This document shows positions 1-11,800 of a DNA stretch of 20,000 nt, in pieces (the stretch's first letter is position 1; each line of letters opens with the position of its first letter). The translations under genes were made by a program, and so were the position numbers. The notes below the pieces were generated by a model. The model worked only from the letters and a program-made list of their open reading frames with translations. It ran no database searches and was not told where the DNA came from. Source of the stretch: Chromera velia (taxonomy: Eukaryota); NCBI GenBank assembly GCA_018398765.1, contig JAHBMJ010000201.1, positions 112,886 to 132,885 on the forward strand. Reading direction: 5' to 3'.

Positions 1-3000
1 CCTAAGCCCCCCGTCCCCTCCAGTCCCTGAATCCCCCCCCGGCAAACGCCCCCTTTCCTGTCCCTCCCCCCCTACGCCTTCAGATACCGGAACGCTCATG
101 ATCTTCGTGCTCTGGCTGCACATGCAACATAGATCCTGGGAGGTGTTCGAAAAAAACGGAAACCAAAGAAGAAAAGCAACCAGAGCCTGTCGACCCCTGC
201 TCGCCGTCTCCTTTCCCTCCCCCGCCCCTGCCCTTGCCCTTTCGTCTGCTGCCGCCCTGCTGCCGAGGGGCTCTGCCAGAAAGTGCAGTCCCCGGAGAAG
301 AGGGATGTCCAAGAAAGCAGAGAGAATGTCCCGTTCAATGGCAGAGGGGGAGGCTTCCAAAGCCAAAGAGGGGGCAGGGGAGGAAGGGGAAGGGGAGGAA
401 GAAGTCGGACTGTGCTGCGGGGCGCTCCCTGCTTTTTTGGTGGTATCACTTTCTTCTGTAGCTTCTTCTTTCTTCACCTGCACCTCCTCTTTCACTTGAG
501 AAGCACCCTGTCCCCCCCCCCCCCNNNNNNNNNNNNNNNNNNNNNNNNNNNNNNNNNNNNNNNNNNNNNNNNNNNNNNNNNNNNNNNNNNNNNNNNNNNN
601 NNNNNNNNNNNNNNNNNNNNNNNNNNNNNNNNNNNNNNNNNNNNNNNNNNNNNNNNNNNNNNNNNNNNNNNNNNNNNNNNNNNNNNNNNNNNNNNNNNNN
701 NNNNNNNNNNNNNNNNNNNNNNNNNNNNNNNNNNNNNNNNNNNNNNNNNNNNNNNNNNNNNNNNNNNNNNNNNNNNNNNNNNNNNNNNNNNNNNNNNNNN
801 NNNNNNNNNNNNNNNNNNNNNNNNNNNNNNNNNNNNNNNNNNNNNNNNNNNNNNNNNNNNNNNNNNNNNNNNNNNNNNNNNNNNNNNNNCCCCTCCTGTT
901 GTTGGGGACTTGGATGCCGTCACTGGCACTGATCCCGCTACCACTACCGCTGTCTGTCCACCCCCCTGCTGTTGGCTGTTCGTGTTCGGCTTCTGCCCCG
1001 GAGGAGAGCGGAACAAGTCCTTCCTCCGGACAGGCCCGCACACCTTGAGGGTCTCCAGGATGAAGGGGGTCGGACCGGCCTCGGAGGCGGCAGGTGTCTG
1101 GAAGGGCTTTGTGCCGTAGACAACGTTGGAGTCTCTCCCTCTGTCATCATCAATCCAGGCAGAGGGAACGAAAGACAACTCAACAGTCAACACGGAGCCC
1201 TGCATGGATGGTGGATGTGTGGAGATTGAGACAGACAACAAACGGGGTAGGCAGGCAGGCAGGCACAGAAGAGACATTCATTACGTGTAAGTGTTGACTC
1301 ACTGTTTTGTATGGCATAGGAATGGATAGCTGAGTAAATTGAAAGAAACGCTGTGGGTGCATAACTCGAGTATGTGGTGTGCGCACAGGAAGTAGAAGGA
1401 AGGACAACCGAGGAGTGCAAAAAATGCCGTTGAGGAGATCACAGCCTCTTTTTTTTGCTCCTGCCGGACAATTAATAATTGCCGGACAGACAACTCATCC
1501 ATCCAGAATTTCGCATGAAGAAAATTAAACGAACTGTTACATGAATTGAGGAGAGGCGACAGAGAGACCACAAAACAGGGAGGGCAACCGCAAACGGCCA
1601 GGCAGAAGAATTCCACAAATCATATGAGTCCACAGGCAACGAGCACATGTGTGCAGACGGAAACGCAGAAGTTAAAAAGACACAGCCTCCATCAACCCAC
1701 ATATGAGGGATCGCCGATTGCGTAGGCCTGCAGAGACAGAAGCGGGGAGAGAGAACGAGAGTACGCCTTCCGAATACAAATCAGAGGGGAGGAGCGGAGA
1801 AGAGAAGAGAGACTCAATGGATGCTCAGTTGTCGTTCTCTTCGCAAACTTGGAAGAAAAGGAAAGGAACGACGCAAACAGCAGTGCCCGCCTGAAGGACG
1901 TAAGTGCAAAATGAGAGAACCATTCTGTCTCCCTTAGACGTACAAACGATATTTTCCTTCACACACCTTCCCACGCCCGCTGCCGGCCCGCTGACCTTCA
2001 ACTTCATTCTCTCGCCTTCCATCCAGGTCTCTGTAAAGATTCGAAAAAGCTCCAAAGTGGCCAAATGCTGCAAAGACCAACGGCGAGACCGAGCAAGGAA
2101 ATAAGACCATGACAAAGAAAACAGCTTCCCTCCCTAACTCCAAACAAACCTGCGTGATGAACGAGCGCACGTTCCCACACACACATCATTGCCTTCTCTT
2201 TTTTTTCTGCCCGCAAAACTAAGACAGGAACGAAACAGGGTGCAGCGACACAGACTCTCATGAAGCGACCCTATCGACACTGGGCCAGGAGGAAATCCAG
2301 AATTAAGAGAAGAAAGGTGCATTTGCCCTTGAAGAGAAGAGGTCAAACTCCATGCAGCTGCTAGCTCACCAAAGGGTTCTTCTCTGGTTTCTGGACAGAC
2401 GATCCTTTCGAAGTCGTGGAAGCAGAAGAGGAAGAGGAAGACGGTTGCAGCAGGACAGGCGAACCTGCAGGGCCCTTTGGAAACCCCTGGGCCGACCGCA
2501 AGATGGCTTTCTGGAACGCGTTCGATTCCTCTGCCACTTCGAAAGCTGCCGCCTCGATGTCCCTGCAAAACCAAAACAAGTCAAAGACATGAATGAGAAC
2601 GGGAACAGGGAAATCATTTCTACACGCAATCTCAGAGACAGAAAAGGGGGGGGGAAAGAGAAAAGAGACGGTAAAGACGAATACTCAGAATGAGACACTG
2701 ACCGAAAAAAGTGAATACATGGACGACTCGAATGAATAAACGCAAGAATGGATACATGGCGTGTAGCCTTGTTCTGCCACTTTCTCCGTTCTTCCTCGTG
2801 CCTCCACGGACAATCATTTCTTTCTCCCGTCTTCCCACCCCGCCCTCATCAGGATTCCCTCACCACACAGGCAGATGGACCGACACACCCACCCTTTGTT
2901 CACTTGAAATCTCCTGAGAGCGAATGTCCCCTCATGGACAAATGAGGAGGAGGAGGTGCTGTCCTTCGCTGACTGCCCCCCTTTTTTGTCGAGGAATCCG

Positions 3001-4950
3001 TTCTTGTCCTCCTGCCCGGTGCCTCTTCCACTTTCGGCAGCGTAGTCTTTGAGGAGATCCTGGCAGGCCTCCAGCATCTCTGTGAGAGAAATCTGTAAAC
3101 AGACGTCACATGAACGCAGACACAAACATCCACGCACTCGGACAGTGGTCGAGCTTCTCTCCTTTGACTGTCATGCAGAGGAAAATTCTGTATAAGAGAG
3201 GCGCACTCAGATTGATGACGGTAGGAAAGGAGCGAGGGCAGATGAGTGGGGGGCACAAACTTCAAAGTGGGGTGTGTGCCCATCGATGCACGATTGAGCT
3301 GACAGAATCTCCAGGACGATCGGACTCTCTTCGTTTGCAAACCTTGAAACGTGCACACACCTCTCCGCGGAGAGGTCTCGCTTTGTTTCCCCCAAGCCTC
3401 CGCCGTCTCCCCTCCCTCCCTCACTCCCTTTCCTTTCTGACCTCTGACGGGAGCGGAGCAGCCTCAGGCATACTCATCCTCTCGAATGTCTCCCTCAAAG
3501 CCGTCGATCCCATGGCATCCTGTCTGAACAGCCCCAAGCCTCCCTCCTTACGGGACTTTTGCCATATTTCGACCCAGGCCTTTCTGACTCCCTCAGGCCC
3601 CCTTGCCACCGCTTCCTCCATCATCAACTGGCTGACGTGGGTGTGCAGAAGGAGGTCCTCGAGGCGTTGAATGCCTCCGCTGCAAAAAGAAAACAAGAAA
3701 AGGCATGTAGGAAGAAGGAAGGGATAACAAATTGAAAACCGGAGAGAGTCAAAAAACAGATGTTGAGGGGGCGGCAGGTCGTCGCGCTCTGACAGAAAGG
3801 GTGTGTGCGCAGACGCGTATTTATTAATACATACCTACCGCATGAATGCACGCCCGGTCGCAGGACTTGCAGTGTAGGCAAAGGTGCACACAAAAGGCGA
3901 AAAGAGAGAGAGGCGAAAGAAAGGAAAGGAAAGTTTGGACGGACCCTCGGTTGGCTCTTTGGTTGCGTCTGAATTCTGTCCAGGATTCCACTGCGTCTCT
4001 CTCTAGAAGGTTCCGGCTGCTCATCAGAGTGATAGGGGCGTGGGGTGGAAGAGGGAAAGCTTCCTTGTCCTTTTCACTTGAAGAAGACGAGGTCGAGGGT
4101 GCAAGTCTGTGCCTCTCGAAGGTGAGTGCCTCCTTGAGAGTCTCTGCGAGTGCATCCTGTGGATAGAAGAGTCCGTCGTTCAACAGAGACTCGAGTCGCA
4201 CGAAGAGGGAAACCGCGTCAGGGTCTGCAGATGGATAGACACCCGGATGGGCGAATTGGCAAATGAAAAAGAAGACGCAGAATACACCCTCCCCCCCCCC
4301 CCCCNCCCCCCCCTTTCTCTCTCTCTCCCTCTCACACACACAGGGAGGGAGAGAGACACACATACACAGAGAGAGGGAAAGAGCGAGAGGGAGAGAACGG
4401 GAGAGACGAAGGCCCAACGGCGTCGATCAGGGCAAGTAGACGGACCAGACAGGGAGAGATCCGGAAAAGCAGGCTGGCTGGATAGACAGAGACACTGGCG
4501 TGTTGACAAACAAAAGGAAGGGACAGAAAAGACAGGACGACCAGTCAGCGACCGACCCCAAGGAAATACAAGATGCGGTGCAAACAGGTGAGAAGAAAAA
4601 GGTGCAGCTTACCGGGAACTCCCGTCTGTGCCGCCAGAAGAATTTTCTCGTATGCAGGTACAATCAGAGACTGCATCTCACCTAGCTGCACAAAAAGAGC
4701 AGAAGACGCGCGGAGAAAACTCATGCATCAAAAAGACAGGGAGATGGAGGCAAAATTAAAGGAATGGGGATGACGAGGAAAGAGAAGCCAGGCACAGAGA
4801 ATCCGACCGACAGACAATTTTCAGGAGAGCATTGCATCTGACGATACGCCGACTCCTTTCGGTGATTTTTGTTTCAACGTCCGGCTGGCGCAAACTGGCC
4901 AAATCTTCTACGCGGATGTCCATCTTATCCTCTTGCCTTGCCTCCTTCTC
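1..4950 (-). CDS. Multi-exon gene of unknown function (weak RUN-domain-like motifs); 3' end lies beyond the window and the 5' start is uncertain
   Basis: Manual splicing gives frame-consistent GT-AG exons: ~4950-4817 (EKEARQEDKMDIRVEDL...ALLKI), 4685-4613 (LGEMQSLIVPAYEKILLAAQTGVP), 4224-3945 (DPDAVSLFVRLESLLNDGLF...), 3679-3442 (GIQRLEDLLLH...EGVRKAWVEIW...), 3092-2893 (ISLTEMLEACQDLLKDY...), 2562-2370, 2149-1967, a possible micro-exon 1727-1701, 1199-890 into the gap, then an open frame from ~520 to 1 (VKEEVQVKKEE...IERDILSAFLDIPLLRGLHFLAEPL...). Intron phases match at each junction checked. Confidence 0.8.
525..889. other. Assembly gap (365 N) flanked by C-runs
   Basis: Run of N preceded by a long poly-C and followed by cccctcc. 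A further single N lies in a poly-C run at 4305. Confidence 0.99.
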
Positions 4951-5239
4951 CTACACACTGGATCGACCAAGCGCAATGGATCGATTGATAGTTTTCAGAA
5001 CAGCCAAGCACCTCAGATAAGCAAAGCGCGCATACAGCGTTTTCAGAAGAGCTCACGTCGGGTGCATGGTCCCGTCTCCGAAGACGACACCGTACCGGTA
5101 GAGGACGAGACCCTCTGCTCCATTCACCCTGAAATAATTGACCTCCCGTTCGAGGATTTTTTGGGCCTGAGCGGGGACCTCTCGCTGGGTGGTGACACTA
5201 TGGTGACACTGGTGAGAGGATGGGCACGAGAAGGACTCT

Positions 5240-5849
5240 GAGATGACTCTGAGGGAGACAGATTTTGGACTCGCGGGGCCTCTCGGCCCGCGCGCAAGTG
5301 GGTCCGACCTCAAACCGCGGCCCATGCATGCATCCCGCGCCCGCATGCATTGCCCGGCCGAGCAAAAAAAAAGGACTCTGACAGTGTTTCGCCAGACTGC
5401 CAAGGTTTACCAATGGTTTACCATCAAAGTCAAAGTTTGATTTCGATCCTGTCACTGGTCCTTTCGATCATCTGACATCTCTTTCCATATCAGACCGACA
5501 ATCTCTCATTGAACCCTTCATATGTGCATATCATTGTCTCTCGTTCGAATGATCAGATGGTGCTTTCATGTCCTCTCTCAAATTTGAAACTTGTTGCGTT
5601 CACTGCGTCGTGCAGACTGATCTTCGAAGTTTCAGTGAGTATATATCCGACAGGTCCTGTCTTGATACAGCAGCCCGACTGTATCCATCCGAAGGTCATG
5701 ACCTCCAGACAGTTTTTTGCTCTTTCCCCGAGTCCCTTTTTGAATAACATCCGGGCCTTGTATCACTAATACAAGTACAGGTGCTCGCATGAATTACTAT
5801 CCATGGTGTCGATCTGTTTCTCCCTCACAATGATTCCCTCGTCTTCACC
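5240..5849. promoter_or_regulatory. Putative shared (bidirectional) promoter between two divergent genes
   Basis: Short interval between the minus-strand gene and the ATG at 5850. It contains TGCATGCA (5325-5332), GCATGC (5343-5348), a GC-rich inverted repeat (~5272-5292) and tandem GGTTTACCA (5404-5423). Confidence 0.45.
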
Positions 5850-8800
5850 ATGAACTTCGCTGAGTGGATAACGAGACTCAACGCTCTCAGCGACGAGCTC
5901 GAGTCAACCGACGCCCTTATTCGAGAATCGCAACAAAACCCGGCCACAGATGCACCCAAAGAGCCCCCCTCCCAACCCCTTCCATCCGAAACGTCTGCAG
6001 GGCATCCAGAGAGCGCAGCTCCGAAAGCGACAAGCCGCATCACACCGCCGCCTCCAGCAGCAGGGGGTCAAAGAGAGCCTCTTCGGTCTGCTCGAGAACT
6101 GGGAGCTCCAACAGAGCTGCGAAGCCCAAGAAGAGCCTGTCAGGATACCCTAAAACCTCAGCTACAGGCCCACCCCCCGTCTTTGAAGCCGTCTCCGATT
6201 CCCGTCTCCTCCTCCCCATCTTCTGCACAGCCGCACCCTCAGCCTGCACCACCAGCCCACCCCTCACACCCCGTAACCTTCTCGACCTCCCCCCCTCGTC
6301 GAGTGACCCCAAGAAAGGGGGACTGTGACCGAAGATTCAACCCCTTCCGACCTGCTCCTGCTCCCTCCCGCACTCATCCCACCCAACAACCACCCGCCGC
6401 GGTCCAACGGCCTTCCCCCCGTCGAGAGAATTCCTCCCCCCTTCCAGTCTCTGCCTCAATTTGGGCCTCCCAGGAATCGGAGACGGAAAATCCAACCGCC
6501 CTCTCCCCTCAGAAGGAGACGGAAAGAGAAAGGGAGGACGAGAGATCTCGGCCAGTCTCACCCCAGCAGCACCCGTCTAGGGACACACACAGGCAAACAG
6601 AGGGGGGGGAGGGTTCCTCCAGCTCCACGTCCCCTCTCAGGGCCTCTTTTCCTTCCCTCTCTTGTATGATAGAGCGTCTAGAGGGCCAAAGACAGGCAGC
6701 CCATGCGGACTGGGCCAAAGCAAGAGAGGCCATGGCGGCTTTTCGAACTCGGCGGGAGCGTCAGCACAACTCGTTGAAGCAGCGGATTCGCGAGGTAGAG
6801 CAGGAGTTCGAGAAGGAGACGGCGTCTCTGGCAAAGGAGAGGAGACGGGAGGAGCAGAGGAGACGGGATTTGAAGATGCAGACACGGCAGGTGGAGGGGA
6901 GGATCCGAAAGGACCAAGCAGAAAGGGAACTTGAGGCCTTGCCGCTTCCTTCCGGAGTTCCCTCTTCCTCTTCTCACTATGTCCTCGTTGTTGGGCCCAC
7001 AGAGGAGAGCGAGGCGCCTGCTGTCCTCTCTCCTTTGAGGCAGTCCGAAGGCCCTCAGGCAGACGAGAAGGGGGAGATGGAAGGGGAAGTGGAAGAGAAG
7101 GAGGAAGCGAGGCTTTTGAACCAGGTAGAAGAGGAGAAGAGCGAGGTTGAGAAACTACGGCAAGAAGCGGCAGCGCTCCACTTAGCAAAGAGTCGGGCAA
7201 AGGTCAGCGAGTTCGTGAAAGCGCATAAGAGAAGAGACGCCTCGTTTATCTTCCCTCACCTTTTTGATTCTGTGTTGCTTGATCGAATGCCCGAGGATGG
7301 ATTTTTTTTTTTTTCTGAGGGGATCTTGTTGCGTCATGTGGGGGAAGTGGCAGTTCTGTCGCTCTCCTGTGCAGTCTTATTTTTCCTTTAGGTGACTTTC
7401 CCTTTGACAGCAGCTCTGTCCAAAGCACGGACAGCATAGGGGCAGGCCCCTACAATCTGTGAGGTTTCTCTACTTGAACTCTTCCGGGAACTCTCTGTCC
7501 TGCATTGCAACCTTCCTTGTCTGGCAGGGAGGGCTAGAGGATGATGGTTAGAACCGCATGGCTGTGAGAACCAAACAGACAGACATTTTTGTTTGTGCAG
7601 GCTCGGCTTGAAGGGCTGGATGCGGCTCTGTCGGTTGACCTTCAACTGAAGGAAGTGGAGAGAGCGCTGAAGGAGGCGATTGCACGGACGAAGCAGAAAC
7701 CGCCGAGCCGAACTGAAGGGCAGGGGGCGTCTTCCTCCTCTTCACCGGCGGCTTCGTTTGTTGAGTCTGGAGAGGAAGGCAGAGTGCAGGAGTTGTTGTG
7801 TCGTCTGTCTGTGAAGACGTCTGAGGTTCGGGCTGCGGTTCGAAAACTTGAGGAAGACTTTTCTTCTGCAGAGGCGGCTGCACGGAGACGGTCCGAGCAG
7901 ATTCGGCACGTTGTGCAGGAGTTGGGGATGACCGTGCGGAAGGAAAACTTTTTGGCGACGCGCATTGAAAGGCAGGAGGAGAAGGATAAGGAAAAAGAAA
8001 GGGAAGAAAGGGGGGGGGCAGCGTTGGAGAGAGAGAAGGCAAAACGAGAAGCCATCGTGACGGAGCTGGAGGGAAAGCTCAGAACACTCGAGGTTCGTTC
8101 GTTCCTTCGTTGGGTTGGTGGGTGGATGGGTGGGTGGGTGGGTTGGCAGTTGGAATGTTGAATGGCTGGGTGTGTGCGTGTGTGGATTTGTCGTTGGTTG
8201 AATACTGCATGGGCTTTGCCAAATTAACTGGGAATCTTTTTATCGATATTTGTGTCTATTCATAAATCAAGCCACACATTCTCGCATGCATGTATGAAAG
8301 CGTCATGCGACTTTCTGGATTGTTCCCTTCTCCGTACCTCTTGCCTTGTCTCTTCTTGAATGCGCGTGTGCAGAAGAAAGTCCTGCAGCTGCCGCCAGGG
8401 AGCTCTCACGAGGGGGGAGAAAGGGAAGCACTCCAGCTCGCGCGATCATCGGGAGATGACAGGGGGCACCGGGGGACAGAGGGGGGACGCGCCGACCTGG
8501 CAGTGGAACTGCAGGCGGTGTCTGAAGAGTTGCGGGCTCAGCGTGCAGTTCTGTCTGATTTGATGAAGAGACAGCTGAATGGGGAGATGAGCGGGGAGGT
8601 TGAGAAGAGAGGGGAGAGAGGAATCGGGGCAGAGGGGGGGACACCGAGACATCGTAGGGAGAGAATGGAGAGTGCCCAACTGCACAGGAAGAAAGAGAAA
8701 GAGGCAGAAGAGAAAATTGACGCCCTCGTCAGTCCTCCCTCCCTTCTTGTGTGCATGCATCTGCCTCCGCCTCCCTTCCTCTGTCTCTTTCTTACTTACT

Positions 8801-11800
8801 TACTTCCCTAGCTGTACACACACACAGACACACACACACACACACACACAACACAGAGAGAGTGTGTGTGAGAGAGAGAGCTGTTCTCATTCTGCTATTC
8901 TGTTGTGGTGCTTTCCCTCCTGCAGCGATTCGAATCCAGATGAGCAAATTTGCGTGCTTCCGCGACCTGGGCATTTTTCTTGGGAGATTGAGAAAGTGCT
9001 TCTATTTTTTTTTCGGGAACTACCTTTATATTCGTATTTGTATGTTATCAATCTCATTCTCTTCTGTGCAGAAGCATGAAACCATAGCTCTCTCAGCTGT
9101 CAGAGAGGTCAGTGGGTCGGGGACAGAGGAGGAAACAGGGAAGGAAGGGAGACCACGCATGAGGACCCTGGAAGAGGTTTGCCTTCTCACTTCCGTGACG
9201 CATCGACCAAAGCCCGTGTCTGTCGCTTCCAGCATTCCCTGATGGATTATCTGATATCTGAGTGGGAGAGAGAGAAAGAAATATCGAAAGTTCGTGACTC
9301 GAATGTCCGACCCCTCTCTTCTCTTTTTGCTTCTCTGTCACGTTGCAGCTTCGTATTGTGGAGCTGAAGAAGGGAAGGGACGAATTGTCGAAACAGCTGG
9401 AGAACCTGAGCAGAAGGCGCACGCAGCTAGAACAACACCTTGCACAGATACGAAAGGAGAAAGAGCGACAGAGCTGGAAGTCAGTTGTCGATGCCTCTCT
9501 GCGTCAATGTTTTGCTTTCTCCGCTGCACAGTCTGTCTTCATTATTTGTCTTTCTTCGTCTAATCATTCGGCGACTCCTCTCTTTGCTTCCCCATCTCTT
9601 TCCTTTGTGTTCGTCGTCCACTCCCCAAAACTCCCTTTTCGTTTCTCCACATCCACTTTCTGTTCTGCCCATTGTCTCTTTATGTTCCCTCTTCCTGATT
9701 TTTATCTTCTGCGAAGTCTCCATCACTCCCCCCAAAATGCAACTCTGCGCCATCCATTGTTTTCGCGTCTGACAAGATTGTATTGATGTGTCTGCATGAT
9801 CTCAGGGAAGTCTCCAGCCTGCGACGCAGACAGGCAGAGCTTCGTGCTGTTGTGGAGAGGGAAGTCGAGGAGGAAATCGCGAGACGACTGAGGAGAGGAG
9901 ACGTGGACCCCCCACCACTGCCTGTGCACTCAGGACGAAAAGCAGCCCCTCCTTCGTCATGTGTCACTCCGGCCAGCGATTCCCCCCCTCCTGGAAGGGA
10001 ATCTAGGGGACCCTTGGGGAGGCTGCAGATGCAGTCACAGAGAGAGAGAGGGGCCCCGGCCTTTGGGGGGAGCAGTGAGCGCGGGCGGGCCCGGAGTCCA
10101 GAGTCACTGGAAGCTCGGAAGAGGAGGATTGAGGGGGTGTGTGCCTTATTTTCCAACCTGTTTTTCTTTGTTTGTTCAAGTCTCCTTCTTCTTTTGCCGC
10201 TTTCTGTCTCGAGTTCTATCCCCGTGTCCGTTTGATGGTGACACCTTTGCTTTTTTCTTTCTTTCTTTCTTTCTTTCGCTTTGTCTATTTCTTCTATTTT
10301 TCTTCGTTGTCTCAGAGAAGGCTGCATGGGGGGGGCTTCTGTTGGATGGAGGAAGGTTGACTGAAGGGACACGGCGTCAGGACTTTACTTTTGGGGGAAA
10401 ATGTTCGACGTGTCTTCATTTTTGTCTTTTTCCGATTTACCCCTTTTTTCTCATGCAGCGCATCCGTCAGGAGCGCGCCCTCCTCCTGGCGGACCTGATC
10501 CCTCTCCGGGAGGCCCTGAGGGAGGCCGAAAATGCGGAGAGGGGGGCGACTTGTTCTGTTGAGGAGGCCCAGAAGAGACTGGAAGAGTCTGAGAGAGCGC
10601 TGAGAGAACATCAGCAGAGTCGTCGGGCGCAGACGCAACGAAGGGCTGCGGCGCAAGGGACCCGCATTCTTGCCTCATCAGCGCAGGTTCCGAAGGGGAG
10701 AGAAAGAGTGAGAGGAGGGAAAGGCAACAGCTCTCTCCACAGCCGTCGGAGCCCCTCAAGGAAAAGGGATCGGCAGTCAAACGGAGACGGAGACCGACAG
10801 GAGACGGCAGAGACTTTTGTCCACAGTGAGACAGTTGGTCTCTCTGTCTCAGCACACAGCCGGGGGGTTGCGTTGAAGGACAAAGAGGTGACCACGGTAG
10901 GGGGGGACGCGGACGGGGACCCGCAGTCCCGGTTGGAGAGGGCGAGGCGAGAGAAGGAGAGGGCGCTGTCCTCCTGTGAGAGGAGGCTTTTTGAGGTCCA
11001 CCAGAGAGAAAAGTGAGTTGAGTTGCCCCATCACTCAAGGTGGTGGTTTGATTTATGTAGAGTGCCGAATTCATGCTTGTTAGTACGGCTGCGTTGTTGT
11101 CCAGACTGCGCTTCCTGTTACATAAGGAGCCTCGAGCTCTTCCAGAGGGAGAAAGAAGATGAAAGGCCCTTACATCTTGATTGCAAAAAAATCCAATGTT
11201 TTGTTTGTTTGTTTGTTTGTGTGCGTGAGAGAGAGAGAGAGAGAGAATTCCGATGCAGGAAGACCTTCATGGATTGATTGATGGCAATCGAAGAAATTAG
11301 TGAGAACAAGTATGGTCCGACTGCCTTTTTTTTTTTTTTTTTTCTATTTTGCTTTTTTGGTCTCGTGACTGCTCTGCACCCACTCAGCATGCAGGAGGAA
11401 AGAAGGCAGAAGAAAGAGTCCATGGAGGCCAGAAGGGGGAAAGGGTTTTGCACCGGTTCCCTATTTACATAGCTCGCCTTTCTTTCACGTGTTGTTTCTT
11501 TGCGCCCTCCTCTTTGCAGGGCCCTCCAGGCTTCCTTTGCGCCCCAACGGGAAGAAGCAGAGAGGGCTCTGAGGGAACACGAGAAGAAGACAGAGGCGCT
11601 GATGGTGCAGCAGCAGAAACAGCTGAACAAGAAGGTCTGTCTGTGAGAGCCCCTCTCTGCAAAAGAACGATGGACCGCACTAGATACGAGGGCGGTGTGA
11701 AGTCCGCGTGCAGCAGTTGAGACCTCTCCCCCACTGTCTTTTGCCTTCGATCCCATCCATTTCTCGCCGGTTTCTATTAGCCCTTTTCCCGTTGTATGCT

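Noticed and set aside
283..1277. Long ORFs spanning the N gap, including an RGG-rich plus-strand peptide
   Set aside because: Their length is an artefact of the Ns. The RGG frame is the antisense shadow of a Ser/Pro-rich minus-strand exon.
5056..5240. Minus-strand peptide EVNYFRVNGAEGLVLYRYGVVF resembling the Argonaute/Piwi N-terminal motif
   Set aside because: Its donor (phase 2) does not fit the next strong acceptor (phase 0), and no PAZ, MID or PIWI motifs appear in the downstream exons. It is probably chance similarity or 5' UTR.
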